A stretch of DNA of 60,802 bases, filler included, from Trichosphaerium sp. ATCC 40318 (GCA_038496445.1; 4 parts of 4 records of this genome joined end to end with filler, not necessarily neighbours in it), one strand, 5' to 3'. Positions 1 to 12,884 are shown, numbered from the whole stretch's first letter. Translations and numbers: made by a program. Notes: generated by a model from the letters alone, not told the origin.

Positions 1-885
1 TTATTAAATAAATGACAAACTCTTGTTGTGCTTATTCGCTCCCACTTGCCCAAGTGACTCAGTATCTGTGTAAGCGTCTCTGGTGGCACGTGTTGAATAG
101 ATTTAATGTATTCTTCACATTGGAGATGTTCTAGCGACATAGCAATTGTTATTTCCGTGTCTACGATATATTACGTAATGGGGTAAAATGGAAAATCAGG
201 TCGCGAATTTTCGCGTGTGCTATTCATCACCTCGCCCAATGCGTGATGTGCTTTTTATGGTTTTTATGGCGCTTATTTTTATTTAAAATGAGCTACAATA
301 TGACTGTTTTAGTGGGAATGTGGAGGTAGTGTAAGCGTTTAGTTAGACGCAATTTACTACAAACTTCCTTTAGCATCATGTTACAGCGAGGGTTGAGCAA
401 GTATTGTAAAGGAGTTCGAGATTTGAGAAAAAGTTAAGCAGCTTTCAAAGAACAAAACGTTGGAATCTTTTTCAATAATCCTCAAAAACCTGGCTTTAGA
501 AGCGAGTAAAACTGTTTCTAAACATATATAGATATACTATATTATATACTAAACTATATATCTATAACCGTATATATCTAGCGACAATACTTGACAATGA
601 TATTGAAACACGCGTAACACTCAACAGGTTTTTTATTATTATTATTATTTTTTTGTTTTGTTTTTGTTTTTTTTTTTTTTGGTTTTCCTTTTCTTTGCAA
701 GCCTTCCCTTCGCGCCAATTACGACGATCAGGTTTAAAGAGTATAATCTCAGCCCTATTACTAATACTATGACAGGTGATAAAAGATATCATCACTGACA
801 AGCTAGTAAAAGAGCACCTCTAGACTTGCAAAAAAAAAAATTTAAAAGAAATGCAAAAGTTGAGTGTTCTTGTTCCTTGAGTGTC

Positions 886-3600
886 TTATACTTCGTGCAT
901 GCTGGCCACATTCTTCGCAGGTGTTTTCATGTAGTGGAATCGCATAAATACTAACATAAAACCCACCAAGATTACAGCCTAAAAGAGTTGGTAAGATAAC
1001 ACAGAGAACGAGACATTTTCAAGTAATTCCATACAATCAAAGCAATAATTATCGCAGCTATTGCTACTCCTACAATACACGTAAGTAGCTGGCAAAGAAA
1101 TAGATGTACCTTTGTAACTATCGCCTTGTGGTGATATTATAACTTCTGGCGAACTTGATGTCGGAGGAGTGACGGGTTCACTAACTACAACTGGAGCAAT
1201 GGTCGTTGTCATTCCTGGTTCGACATATTCTACCTTTTTACAAGAAAAATTTAAGAAACTTCACTAGTAAAATATCACGTGCCTTGAGGTTATAGGAATC
1301 TGTTTCAACATGTCTGCAAGATGAAGAACATTGGTCATCTGGTACACCACATTGGCCTATAGGCGTACACCAACCGTACACTGAAACAAAGAAATGTCCT
1401 TTGAACTCGTTTTAAGAATAAAAAACAAAAGGTTTATTACAAACCTGGTCTGAAGTCTGGATCGTCGTGTTTGATCAGAACATGTCTTCTTTCAATTTGA
1501 GCCAGTTTCCATGAATGCGAATTCAGATTAGGCTTGACAATGCTTCTAATAGAACAGAGCTAAATAAAGAAACAAGAAAGGAACAATCTTTTACCTTGAT
1601 ACAAGAAGTTCTGGAAAGGACTTTGTGAGATCATTTTCGAGAGTAATTAAAACATCTCTATCGGATCTATCTACACAGAATTGATGGTACTCAAAACCAT
1701 TGGCTACAAGAGGGTTGTTGTCAACCGGTTCAAACAGTACATTTGATGGTGCTAAAAAAATAAAAGAGTTAAAAAAATCCCTTGCCAAGAACACATCCAA
1801 AGCGCCTCAACAGGAATATCCCGCAACCAATCGATAATGTATTCACGCACCAGGTAATATTGAAGCTGTAATATTATATTTTGCGGGACGTCTGTCATTA
1901 TGTCTTCACCACAATACGCATGAACGCCAATGTAATAGTCTCCCTAGTTGTTTGGGTTAGTACTAAAACAAGCGAGCTCATAAAAGCCTTGCCTTCTCGA
2001 ACTCAGGGTCCCAATGAGATATTGTCATATCTTCATCGCCCCAATCATACGAAGTCCATGTTAAATGATCCAAGGTAGGGTTTCTAGAGTATGTAAGAAA
2101 AAGTTAAGAAAAAACAACTAAATTCGCCTCAACGTACTTGACAGGGTACTTTCCTACATATAAGTTTGGCTGACCTTCTATAGTATTGACTTGAATACGT
2201 AGATCATGACATTCTTCCAATACTTTAATCTTATAGTACGTATAGGTGTCACACTAAAAAACAAAATAATTAAGGCTTAGATGACTTAACTGTAGCGTAC
2301 ATCAGCTTCTCCTGTTTTTGCTGTTGCGTTTAAGAGGATTTCTTGACTTTTAGGTACTAATTTTGGTGTTTCTTCACAAGGTATCTGTGTGAGTGAAACA
2401 GTCAAGTTGTAGGCGTCTTCAGAAACTCTTGTACAGCTTGAAGTACAATTTTCATCAGGAACGCCACACTCACCAACAGGAGTACACCATCCAAACACTA
2501 CAACAAAATCAGCCACAATGTCAGCGGTAAAATGACTTTACATCTCAATTTTAAGAACACGTGGGCTCAAGATAGAGGATAGAAAAAAATAGGAAAAATA
2601 TTTAGGTGCTGGTTTTTGATATCTTACCTGATACAAAATAGTGTCCATATCGAAAGTCAGGGTCATTATGTTTGATATCAACATGCCTTCTAACAATATC
2701 AGCGAGTTTCCAACTATGACCTTTCAATAGTGGTTCAACATGAGATTGCGAAACAAGCAATTCAGGAAACGATATTGATAGATCGTTATCAAGAGTAACA
2801 CGAATGTCTGTGCATATGTCTACAATCAATAATAAGCAAAGAGTCACTAGTAAACATAGATTAAACATACCTTCAGAAGCAGGTTTTGGAACACAGAACT
2901 TATGGTGGGTGTAGCCGTTGGCAACAAGAGGATTATTCACAATAGGGGCATGTAAAATATTATCTATTCAAAGTTGTAAGTGTTAAACAACAGCTATTCG
3001 CTCAGTTGAAACAAACTATAGGCAATGGCGTACATGTTGGTGGTACTAAGCTAGCTGTTATGTTATAAATGGCGGGTCTACCATCTAAAGACAGTAAGTT
3101 TAAAGTGAAAAAGACCAAGAAAACAAAATAGACTTGAGGTACCATTTACTTCAGTGCCACAGTAGCTCAGAACGCCAATATAGAAAGTGCCAATATCAAA
3201 TTCAGGATCCCAGTGGCTTATAATCATATCATCATCACCCCATTCTAAGGTCATAACGTCAGCAAACGTTTTAGAGTCCAAACCGTTTTAACTAACCGTA
3301 AGACGTCCACGTTAAATGATCTAACGTGGGATAACGTATAGGCGCTTTACTGACGTATAAATCGGGTTCTCCTAAGAGTTTTAAGGATTTCAACGTTATA
3401 TGATGACAACAAATACCTTCGATCCTTTCAATGTGTATACGAAGGTCAGAGCAGTATTCGGTTACTTCGAAAGAAAAGTATGAGTACGAATCACACTCAG
3501 TACGCTCTTCAACCGTCAGATCATGATGTAACGTAGTTATAGTTTGTGATATAACGTTTGTAGATAAAACAAGTAAAATAAGACACAGGAAGAGGTGCAT
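886..3600 (-). CDS. Multi-exon type I membrane protein with two tandem copies of a PPC-like (pre-peptidase C-terminal-like) beta-sandwich module, an S/T/P stalk and a C-terminal TM helix
   Basis: Signal peptide MHLFLCLILLVLSTNVISQ. Duplicated motifs EGEPDLYVSK..PTLDHLTWTSY.WGDDDMIISHWDPEF..FYIGV and EGQPNLYVGK..PTLDHLTWTSYDWGDEDMTISHWDPEF..YYIGV, plus NNPLVANG..H.FCV twice. Ends AVILVGFMLVFMRFHYMKTPAKNVASMHEV* (TAA 886-888). Confidence 0.7.
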
Positions 3601-4063
3601 TGTTGGCAAGTTTTTGTGAAAAGAAACGAAATTTCTAAAGAATCCAATGACTTTACTGAGTTTATCAGCAAATTCTGACTTTTCAAACGCATGTTAAAAA
3701 AAAAAGAGTACAGTCATGCAACAAGTTCATGTATTAATATATGAATGGGGTATGAGGTTCATTATAAGGTACACGTAGGTGGATTCTCCAAAAGGTCAAT
3801 ACTTCAATGTTTCTACTCATCCTTAAAATGTTGTATTTGTTCTCTTATTCACAGTCATTTAAGAAGCGTTATGGCTATGTTAGGATAAGTTTGGGTCTCT
3901 TGGTGTACAAGGAAGGCTATCAAAACCTAACTGAGCCTTCTTGTAACCGGAAAAGTAAGGCTCCTGAGATACAATAGCATTCGCAATATCAAACTAGCTT
4001 ATCTAAATCATCTCAAACAAGCACATCTCTGACGCTATTCCATGTCGCTAAAACATATCCATT

Positions 4064-4610
4064 GTGATCGCCATTAAATCTATTCAACACGTGCCACCAG
4101 AGACGCTTACACAGATACTGAGTCACTTGGACAAGTGGGAGCGAATAAGCACAACAAGAGTTTGTCATTTATTTAATAACATCATTCGCAATAACCTTGG
4201 CTTTGACAAACTATTATTGTATGTACCAACAGATTGTCATGTTCTGAAAGGCAATCCATTACTTAAAAACACTCGCATTATTTGTAAACCCGAAGCTCTA
4301 TCAGAAGCGGACTATTCTTGTCTTTCTGGTGTTAACTCAATAGATGTCTCATATTCAAAAATAACAGATGTAGGCGTTCTTGCTTTGCTTGATGGAGGAA
4401 TACATACTATCAAATACATTGTTGGCAATCTAGAAAAGTTGACATAATTGACGGGAAATCAATTTCAGATGAAGGAAAAGCATTAATACACGTCAATGAT
4501 CTATGCTTGAAGCGGTGTAACATGATAAAAGGCTCAGTATTGAAGCACCTGAGTGCTCTAAGGCGCTCTACAATCTTTACTAATATTACAAGTGCGCCTA
4601 CCTTGAAATA
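4064..4610 (+). pseudogene. F-box/LRR protein, apparently degraded
   Basis: F-box-like IQHVPPETLTQILSHLDKWERISTTRVCHLFNNII, then LRR_CC-like SIDVSYSKITDVGVLAL. No in-frame ATG, and the LRR text (ISDEGKAL...CNMIKGSVLKHL) continues in another frame after the stop. Confidence 0.5.
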
Positions 4611-4964
4611 GGCAGCTGCCTTCTTATGGTATAAGTCACCACCGCTGTACCATATCTCCATGCGCTGAATAGTCGCCAGTCTTAGTAATTGGTCTAAAAC
4701 TTGTCTAAACCTGCTCTCCACACCCAGGCGACTATGTTAACTGGTCCATAGCGCTCCTATTTTCGTACACAATCTTAAACAAATTTGAGCAGCATCCGCA
4801 GCGTTTTTTTCGTGTTCACAGAAACCATATTTTATTTTCGGACAATGTTACACGTCCAACACACTTTCCATATTGGGTACCCATGTACAAAGGGCTCCAA
4901 CGAGTATGTAAATATACAATTACACTTAAAACAATACATAAATACACCCATCTTCGGCATCATC

Positions 4965-7900
4965 TTAATTAGCAAATTGCTTTTTTAGTAGCCATAAAAA
5001 TAGTGCCTTGTAAAAGCCTTGGAGCTTCTTTGGATGCAGTAGGCGTCTTTGGTGTAGTTTATTTAGTTGAAGCCAAGCATCAGTTGTAGATGCATCTGTA
5101 CAAGGTACCTCAGCAGTTGATGAAGCACTTGAAGGTACTATTGTAGTTGCCTCCGTAAATAAAGTTAGTTCTAGAAAGTAAAGTTGGAAGTACCATTTAT
5201 TGAGCCTTTGTAGTTGGAGATTTAGTAGGAGCTTCAGTTGTAGTTGCAAGTGTCGTTGGAGTTTCATGCCTCCGTGGTAGGAGCCTCAGTAGTTGGAGCT
5301 TCTGTTGTAGGCACTTCTGTTGTTGGAGACTCTGTTGTTGGAGTTTCATGCCTCCGTTGTTGGAGCCGCAGTTGTTGGGGTAGCAGTTGTAGGAGCTACA
5401 GTTGTAGGAGCCTCTGTAGTTGGAGTGTCAGTAGTAGGCGCTACAGTTGTAGGGGTTTCGGTGGTTGGAGAAGCTGTAGTTGGTACTTCAGTGGTTGGCA
5501 CTAAAGTGGTTGGTGCTTCTGTAGTAGGAGTTTCAGTTGTTGGAACTTCAGTTGTAGGAGACTCTGCAAGCGAAGTTAGTATGCATAAAAAGCAAATAAA
5601 AAGTACCAGTTGTAGGAGCATCAGTAGTAGGAACCTCCGTAGTTGGAGCCTCAGTTGTAGGAGGTTCAGTTGTTGGTGCTACAGTTGTAGGAGCCTCTGT
5701 AGTAGGAGCTTCAGTAGTTGGAGCGTCAGTAGTAGGTGCTACAGTTGTAGGGGTTGCAGTGGTTGGTGCTACAGTTGTAGGAGCCTCTGTAGTAGGAGCT
5801 TCAGTAGTTGGAGCTTCAGTTGTTGGTGCCTCTGTTGTAGGAGTAGCTGTAGTTGGTGACTCTGTTGTTGGTGCATCAGTTGTAGGAGCCGCTGTAGTTG
5901 GAGCTTCAGTTGTAGGCGACTCTGTAGTAGGGGCTACAGTAGTTGGTGCTTCGGTTGTTGGCGCCTCAGTCGTAGGTGCATCTGTGGTTGGAGCTTCAGT
6001 CGTAGGAGCTACTGTAGTTGGTGCCTCAGTCGTGGGAACCTCTGTAGTAGGCGCCAATGTAGTAGGTGTTACAGTTGTAGGAGCTTCAGTGGTAGGAACC
6101 TCTGTTGTTGGCGCATCAGTTGTAGGCGATTCTGTAGTAGGGACTTCAGTAGTCGGTGCTTCGGTTGTTGGTGCAACAGTTGTTGGGGCATCTGTAGTTG
6201 GTGCATCTACAAAGAAAGTTAGTTGCTTTGGAAAGTAAAATACAAAGTACCAGTTGTTGGTGCTACAGTTGTAGGTGCTTCAGTAGTTGGAGTTTCAGTC
6301 GTAGGCACATCAGTTGTAGGTGGTTCAGTTGTTGGAGCCTCAGTAGTTGGCGATTCGGTGGTTGGAGCATCTGTAGTTGGTGCTACTGTTGTTGGTGCTT
6401 CAGTAGTAGGTGCATCTGTGGTTGGAGCTTCAGTTGTTGGCACTTCAGTTGTTGGTGCTACAGTTGTAGGAGCCTCTGTAGTTGGTGCATCAGTAGTTGG
6501 AGCGTCAGTAGTAGGTGTTTCAGTTGTAGGAGCATCAGTAGTTGGAGTATCAGTAGTTGGTGCTTCAGTCGTTGGAGGTTCCGTAGTTGGAGCTTCAGTT
6601 GTAGGAGCCTCTGTAATTGGAGCTTCAGTAGTTGGAGCGTCAGTAGTTGGAGCGTCAGTTGTAGGAGCTACAGTTGTAGGGGTTGCAGTGGTTGGTGCTA
6701 CAGTTGTAGGAGCTTCAGTTGTTGGTGCTGCTGTTGTAGGAGTAGCTGTAGTTGGTGACTCAGTTGTTGGTGCATCAGTTGTAGGCGACTCTGTAGTTGG
6801 GGCTTCAGTAGTTGGTGCTTCTGTAGTTGGAGCCTCAGTCGTTGGGGCTTCAGTTGTTGGAGCATCTGTCACTGGTGCATCAGTTGTTGGTGCATCTGTA
6901 GTAGGCGCTACAGTGGTTGGAGCCTCAGTCGTTGGTGCTTCAGTCGTTGGAGCTTCAGTCGTAGGAGCTACTGTAGTTGGTGCCTCAGTCGTGGGAACCT
7001 CCGTAGTAGGCGCCAATGTAGTAGGTGCTTCAGTGGTAGGCGCTACAGTTGTAGGTGCTTCAGTTGTTGGTGTGTCAGTTGTTGGTGCCTCTGTCGTTGG
7101 CGCCAATGTTGTTGGAACCTCTGTAGTTGGTGCTTCTGTCGTTGGAGCTTCGGTTGTAGGTGCATCCGTGGTAGGAGCAGCAGTAGTTGGAGCTTCGGTT
7201 GTTGGTGCATCTGTTGTTGGTGCCTTAGTTGTAGGCGCCTCTGTGGTAGGAGCTTCGGTTGTAGGAGCTCCTGTAGTTGGAGCTTCCGTAGTAGGGGCTT
7301 CAGTAGTAGGTGCTACAGTTGTAGGAGCTTCAGTGGTAGGTACCTCAGTAGTTGGTGCTTCTGTAGTTGGAGCCAGTAGTAGGTGCTACAGTTGTAGGAG
7401 CCTCAGTTGTTGGAGCCTCAGTAGTAGGGGCTGCAGTTGTAGGAGCCTCCGTTGTTGGCGCATCAGTGGTAGGGGTTGCAGTTGTTGGAGCTTCTGTGCT
7501 TGGTGCTTGTGTAGTTAGTGCATCTATTACTGTTAGATGGAAAAAGATAACAATATAAATCAAGTACCAGTTGTTGGTGCCTCAGTAGTTGGAGTTTCAG
7601 TTGTAGGTGCTTCTGTAGTTGGTGGAGGCGTCATTGGTGGCATTGTAGTTGGATGCTGTGTTGTTGGCGCTTCTGTTATTGGCGCAGCAGTTGTAGGAAC
7701 CTCTGTGGTTGGAGCCTCCGTTGTTGGCGCTACAGTTGTAGGTGCCTCTGTAGTTGGAGCATCAGTAGTTGGAGCCTCAGTTGTTGGTGTCTCTGTGGTA
7801 GGCGCTACAGTAGTTGGCGCTTCTGTAGTTGGTGGAGATCTCATTGGTGGCATTGTAGTTGGATGCTGTGTTGTTGGTGCCTCGGTAGTTAGAGGTTCCA

Positions 7901-9180
7901 TAGTAGGTGCCTTTGTAGTAGGAGCCTCAGTTGTTGGTGCTTCTGTCGTTGGCACTTCAGTTGTTGGAGCCTCAGTAGTTGGTGCTTCTGTTGTTGGCAC
8001 CTCTGTTGTTGGAGCTTCAGTTGTTGGAGCATCTGTTGTAGGTGCATCTGTAGTTGGTGCTACTATAGTTGGTGCATCTATCACTGTTAGGAGAAAAGTA
8101 AAAATTATATCGATCGAGTACCAGTTGTAGGAGCCTCAGTTGTTGGTGCTTCTGTCGTTGGTGCTTCGGTGGTAGGTGCATCTGTAGTAGGTGCTACAGT
8201 GGTAGGAGCCTCTGTAGTTGGTGCTTCAGGTGTTGGTGCCTCTGTAGTAGGCGCTACAGTGGTTGGAACCTCTGTTGTTGGTGCCTCTGTCGTTGGTGGT
8301 TCAGTGGTAGGAGCCTCTGTCGTTGGAGCTTCGGTTGTAGGCGCATACGTGGTAGGAGCTTCAGTCGTTGGTGCCTCTGTGGTAGGTGCATCTGTAGTTG
8401 GAGCCTCTGTTGTTGGTGCTTCTATAGTAGGCGCTACAGTTGTAGGAGCCTCAGTCGTTGGGGCTTCGGTGGTTGGTGCATCTGTAGTAGGTGTTACTGT
8501 GGTTGGCGCAGCTTTTGTTGGCCCCTTGGTTGTTGGAGTGCCAGTAGTTGGCGCTTTCGCTGTAGCCTCTGCTGTCAGTGCATCAGTGGTTGGAGCATCT
8601 ATAGTTTATTGTCTCAGTTGTTGGTGCGTCTGTAGTAGGTGCCACAGTGGTAGGAGCATCAGTTATAGGGGCCTTTGTGGTTGGTGCTTTTGTTGGAGCT
8701 TCAGTCGTAGGTACATTGGCGGTTGGAGCTGGGTTTTGGTGATAGGAGCATCTGTAGTTGAAGCTGTTGTTAGCAGTTCTATTGTTGGAGTACTTGCAGT
8801 AAGAGCATCAGTTGTTGGTGTGGCTGTGGTAGGGGCTGCAGTTGTAGGTGTAGTTGGCGCATCTATCACAGTTAGAAAGAAAGCTAAAAAATATCAAGCA
8901 AGTACCAGTTAGGTGCATCTGTTGTTGTGTGCAGCAATAGTTGGAGCATCCGTTGTTGGTGCAACAGTTGGCTGTGAAGCAGTGGTTGATGAGCTTGTAG
9001 AAGGTGTTTCTGTGACAGAAGTTAAGACAACGTATCATCAACAGTAATCCTTCTGTCTTGAACCTTCTTTTGTTGGCCTTTGTACTTGGTGCCTCAGTTT
9101 TAACATTGTACGTTGTACAACAAGCCTTGGAAGTTTAGTTGGCCCTTTTATAGTTGTAACTATAGGTGTTTCAGATATTG
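4965..9180 (-). CDS. Mucin-like Pro/Thr-rich protein made of pentapeptide (PTTEA/PTTDA/PTTVA) repeats, intron-interrupted, with frameshifts (possibly partly pseudogenised)
   Basis: Minus-strand ORFs 5346-5621, 5548-6057, 6219-7106, 7345-7563, 7560-8084 and 8663-8869 are separated by ~40-45 nt GTAC..AG introns. 5' end unresolved. Confidence 0.7.
5200..8960. repeat. Degenerate 15-bp coding tandem repeat (e.g. GTTGGAGCTTCAGTA), over 200 units
   Basis: Directly visible 15-nt periodicity across ~3.8 kb. Confidence 0.95.
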
Positions 9181-9352
9181 GAAATTTGTTTGCCAATGAG
9201 TGGTGTCTTTTTAACAGCTTACAAGATAACTTTTTGTTAAAACCTATTGTTGGTTAGAAAAACAAGATGTGAGGTTTAAAAAATAGATTACTTACCTACA
9301 GCATTCCCACACAAAACACCTACAAGAACCCTTTTTTGTGTTTACTGTTGCT

Positions 9353-10394
9353 TCAAGAAGCCACTTGTGATTGCCATTTTTGTTTCTTTTTGCTTCTGTC
9401 GCTGTTTGTTTGTTCAATATTTGAATATAGCGTACAAGGATTAGATTCCACAGGAAGTGATGTTATACAATCAATAAACCACCAAGTTCCATTGTTATTC
9501 ACATATGTTGCGAAATGTGGATGCGGTTTAGGCTGCCACATCAAAATGTAAGCTGCCTCCCAAGTTCTGCTTATGTAAGTGCAAATGCTAACTGTCTTTA
9601 CATACCTTCCATGGAGTTTAAAGTCTTAGGTAATTTGGCCATGTCCTGAACAACATTGGGATTTGGATACACTGTAATCAAAGCCGGTAATGTCACACTC
9701 TTTATCAAATTAGGTTGTTTTCAAAATAATATAAAGCTACATACCTTAGCAGCCTTAAACCCTCCCTCACTGCAAGTCAGACAGTTGTTTGAAACTGAAA
9801 GACGTTTATTAAGCCAGTTGCATATTTTTGCTTCAATATCTTGCTCTCCAAAAATGCACAACTGATGCAACACTCTGTAATCTGGATGTGTCAGAAGCAC
9901 GGATGGCAATAGTTTATTATGCTCACCTTCACATTTGCAACCGCTGTTATAGTTAGAAAATGCATGAAATGAAACACAAACACTTCTAACGTAGCTGTGA
10001 ATTTCACAGACACTAAAATCAGGGCTATATTTTCCACAGCGATGCTCCTCATAGTTATGTTCTATTTCCTTCCTCCTCTTTGGATATTTTGTGTAGCAAT
10101 GCTGTAAAAACAACTGAATAAATGTGTTTCTACTTCCATCTATGTTGTTAGATGTGAGTACTGTCGGGTTGTTGGGAATCACCTAAACTTTCTTAGTACT
10201 TGTGTATAGAACAACACATACGCAAATATCACTAACAAACTGTAAACCAGTGAAAACAGCATCCCAGGGACAGCTGGATTATTCCAACATGCGTGGGGTT
10301 TCAAGTTTCCTACGACTACATTAGCATGTTTGGGTTTCTTCAAACAGAAAATCACGTGATTGAAATTGAAGAAAAAAAAAAGAGTTCTAGCCAC
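9353..10394 (-). CDS. Hypothetical multi-exon protein, weakly ubiquitin-specific-protease/papain-like
   Basis: Exons join as ...NNCLTCSEGG...SVTLPALITVYP...WEAAYILMWQPKPHPHFATYVNNNGTWWFIDC. The last motif resembles a USP His box. No clear Cys box, and the start is uncertain. Confidence 0.3.
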
Positions 10395-11098
10395 GACAAG
10401 AGCTTGTCTTGCTGCGCACAGATATCAAATCTACACTACGCACACCATTTGCGTATGCTTCTTCTATTTAACCTGTGTTGGGTGAAAAAACTATCGCAAA
10501 TAAATACAACAGCGCTATTAACGCCTGGTAGGTGCTTTTAAAGCAGGTTGAGGCTGTACTTAATTATTGCTGTATTAAAACATACCGTAAGTATCGTAGC
10601 GTGCGCTCATTGCCAAAGACGTAATAATTACTCGTTTGTGTGGAGAATTATGTTATTTACTCTATAGTGCACAAAAAAAATATGAGTTTTCGGACTTTTA
10701 CAGAAAACCCTACAACACAATGTGGCCATCTGTTTAACCTCAAACCGTTCTGTATAGCATCACATTGTGTAAAAATATTCATTGAGACAGTGTGGGGCTC
10801 ATAAAAAGGACTTGTAGCCTATTCAGCGCACAGAGATATGAAGTGGGTTTTGAAAACGTGATTTGTAAACTAGATTCTTGTGTGAATTTTCTAGTATTGC
10901 GAAATTGTCTAGACAGCTCAGATACATAAACATGTCTAAGGATAAAGTCTATACCCCTACACACTCAGCGCGCTATACTTGCTATAGTGAGTCAATCACA
11001 TAGTTTAGTTCGCTAGTTGTCCATATTTTAGATATCGCTCCATAAACACCACACCCCATCTTCGGAAAAGTCCCAAAAACCACGTGTTGGCACTAATA

Positions 11099-12810
11099 AT
11101 GCGTAAATCAACAACACAACTTATAACGACACTTGTTATTGTCATAAGTCTCGTCCAAATTGCGAGTTCTGCGACGCTTTGGACAGGAGGCTTTGGTGGT
11201 AACTGGCAATCAAACTGGAATGTAGAACATGGCGGTATAGAGCAAAGAAGTGCACCAGGCGGTGGTACTATCGTAGAAGGTGATAAACTACGCGTAAAAT
11301 ACGCCCCAGTAAGTTAAAAAAAGGCGCTAGTAGCGCAAGCGTAATATCACGTGACAGGTTTTTTAACATTATTTTCAGGGTCATGCTGCTGCTAGTGGAG
11401 TATGGATGCTTGCTGTACCGGTTGACATTTCTTCACATCGTACAATATGCCTCAGGTACGCTAAATAGCATCAAAATGACACGTTTGGGCGTAAAACTCG
11501 CTTGTTTTGTTTCAATCGGGTGTTCAGAAAGCCCGACTACAGTTTTTTTTGCTTGCCTTTTGCGACAGCGATTGTGATACGTTTTCTATGCGTATAGCAT
11601 GAGCATCACGTGTTTTCTGGCTGCTATTTTGACATTTTATTGCTGGCTTGACTTGTACAGTAAAACCGATCTTGTGCTCACTAGTTTTAGTTACAAGATA
11701 AAAGTACCAAGCAACTTCGAGTTTAATCGTGGTGGAAAATTACCTGGTCTCTATGGTACTACTGGAAGCACAAACCTAAACTCTCAATGTAGTGGCGGTA
11801 ATCAACCAGGAAATTGCTATTCTGCTAGGTTTATGTGGCGTAAGAAAAGGCTAAAAACGATCGAAACTAACTTTTTTATTTAGGCAGAGACGGTGATGGA
11901 GAAATTTACGGATACATGCCTTATCCATCTAACACGTGCGTAGATTTTACTTTTTTGCAATCAAGTAATCTGTGCGGTTTAGCGTATGTAATCGCCCTGA
12001 GAATCATTGCGATCCTAACTATGGAAAATCTCTCGGAAGAGGCAAATGGCGTTTTCCAGATGATAACAGATACCACACTTTGAAACAAGAAATTCAATTG
12101 AATACTGGATCAAGCTCTAACGGTCGCGCACGAGTATGGCTTGACGGAGTACTAAAGACCGATCAGAGTAACCTTAAATGGAGACGAAATGATAACATAA
12201 AACACAAAGGAATATTCTTCAACACCTTCTTTGGAGGTACCTCTTTTTCTTTCTTTTTACACCCTTTTCGTAGATTAATTTCTCTTTTTTTTTTTCAGGT
12301 GGTACAAGCTGGGCTCCTTCTAGTACTCAATACCTTTACTTTGGCGATTTTGAAATATCCACAAGTTGTTCTGCCGGACCGTCAAACCAAGTATGCTTAA
12401 CACAAACAGTCACTAGGATTTCAGGATCTTCATTCACTGTTAAAGTTGATTATACAACAGCTACTAACCAAGACTTACGTACGTTGTTCTGCAAAAAAGA
12501 ATCACGTGATTTTTTTGGTTCTTTCTTATTTAATTCTGATAAAATACCAGGTGTTTCATTATTTACTACTGGTGGTTCGTATAGATCTCACAAGGAAGTG
12601 CGTGTGAACCAAGGATCTGGATCTAAAACAGTACGTTTATTGTTAACCCTTTAAAGCAAATATTAACAAACGCCCTAGGTTACAGTACCAACAAATGGAC
12701 ATTCAGGAACTGGATTCCGTATTAAGGTCTCTCTTGAGCCTATTGGAAAAGACTGGAGATCAGAGACAGCTGCTAAATACTTCAATATGGGCCAAACTGG
12801 TTGCTCTTGA
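11099..12810 (+). CDS. Secreted polysaccharide lyase family 14 (alginate/glucuronan lyase-like) with an extra C-terminal beta-domain
   Basis: Signal peptide MRKSTTQLITTLVIVISLVQIASS. PL14 motifs FEFNRGGKLPGLYG, CYSARFMWR, DGDGEIYGY, YGKSLGRGKWRF, NGRARVWLDG, GIFFNTFFGG and YFGDF. Last exon ends ...YFNMGQTGCS* (TGA 12808-12810). Confidence 0.88.
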
Positions 12811-12884
12811 GGTGAAGAATTCAATAAATAAAGGTTTTAGTTTCATAACGCGGCTGCCAAGTTTTTTTTATTAGTTAGCGACAT

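Noticed and set aside
5244-8912. Long plus-strand ORFs of VVGAS repeats (also 12889-13239 and 28503-29240)
   Set aside because: Antisense shadows of Pro/Thr repeats; splice signals and signal peptides are on the opposite strand
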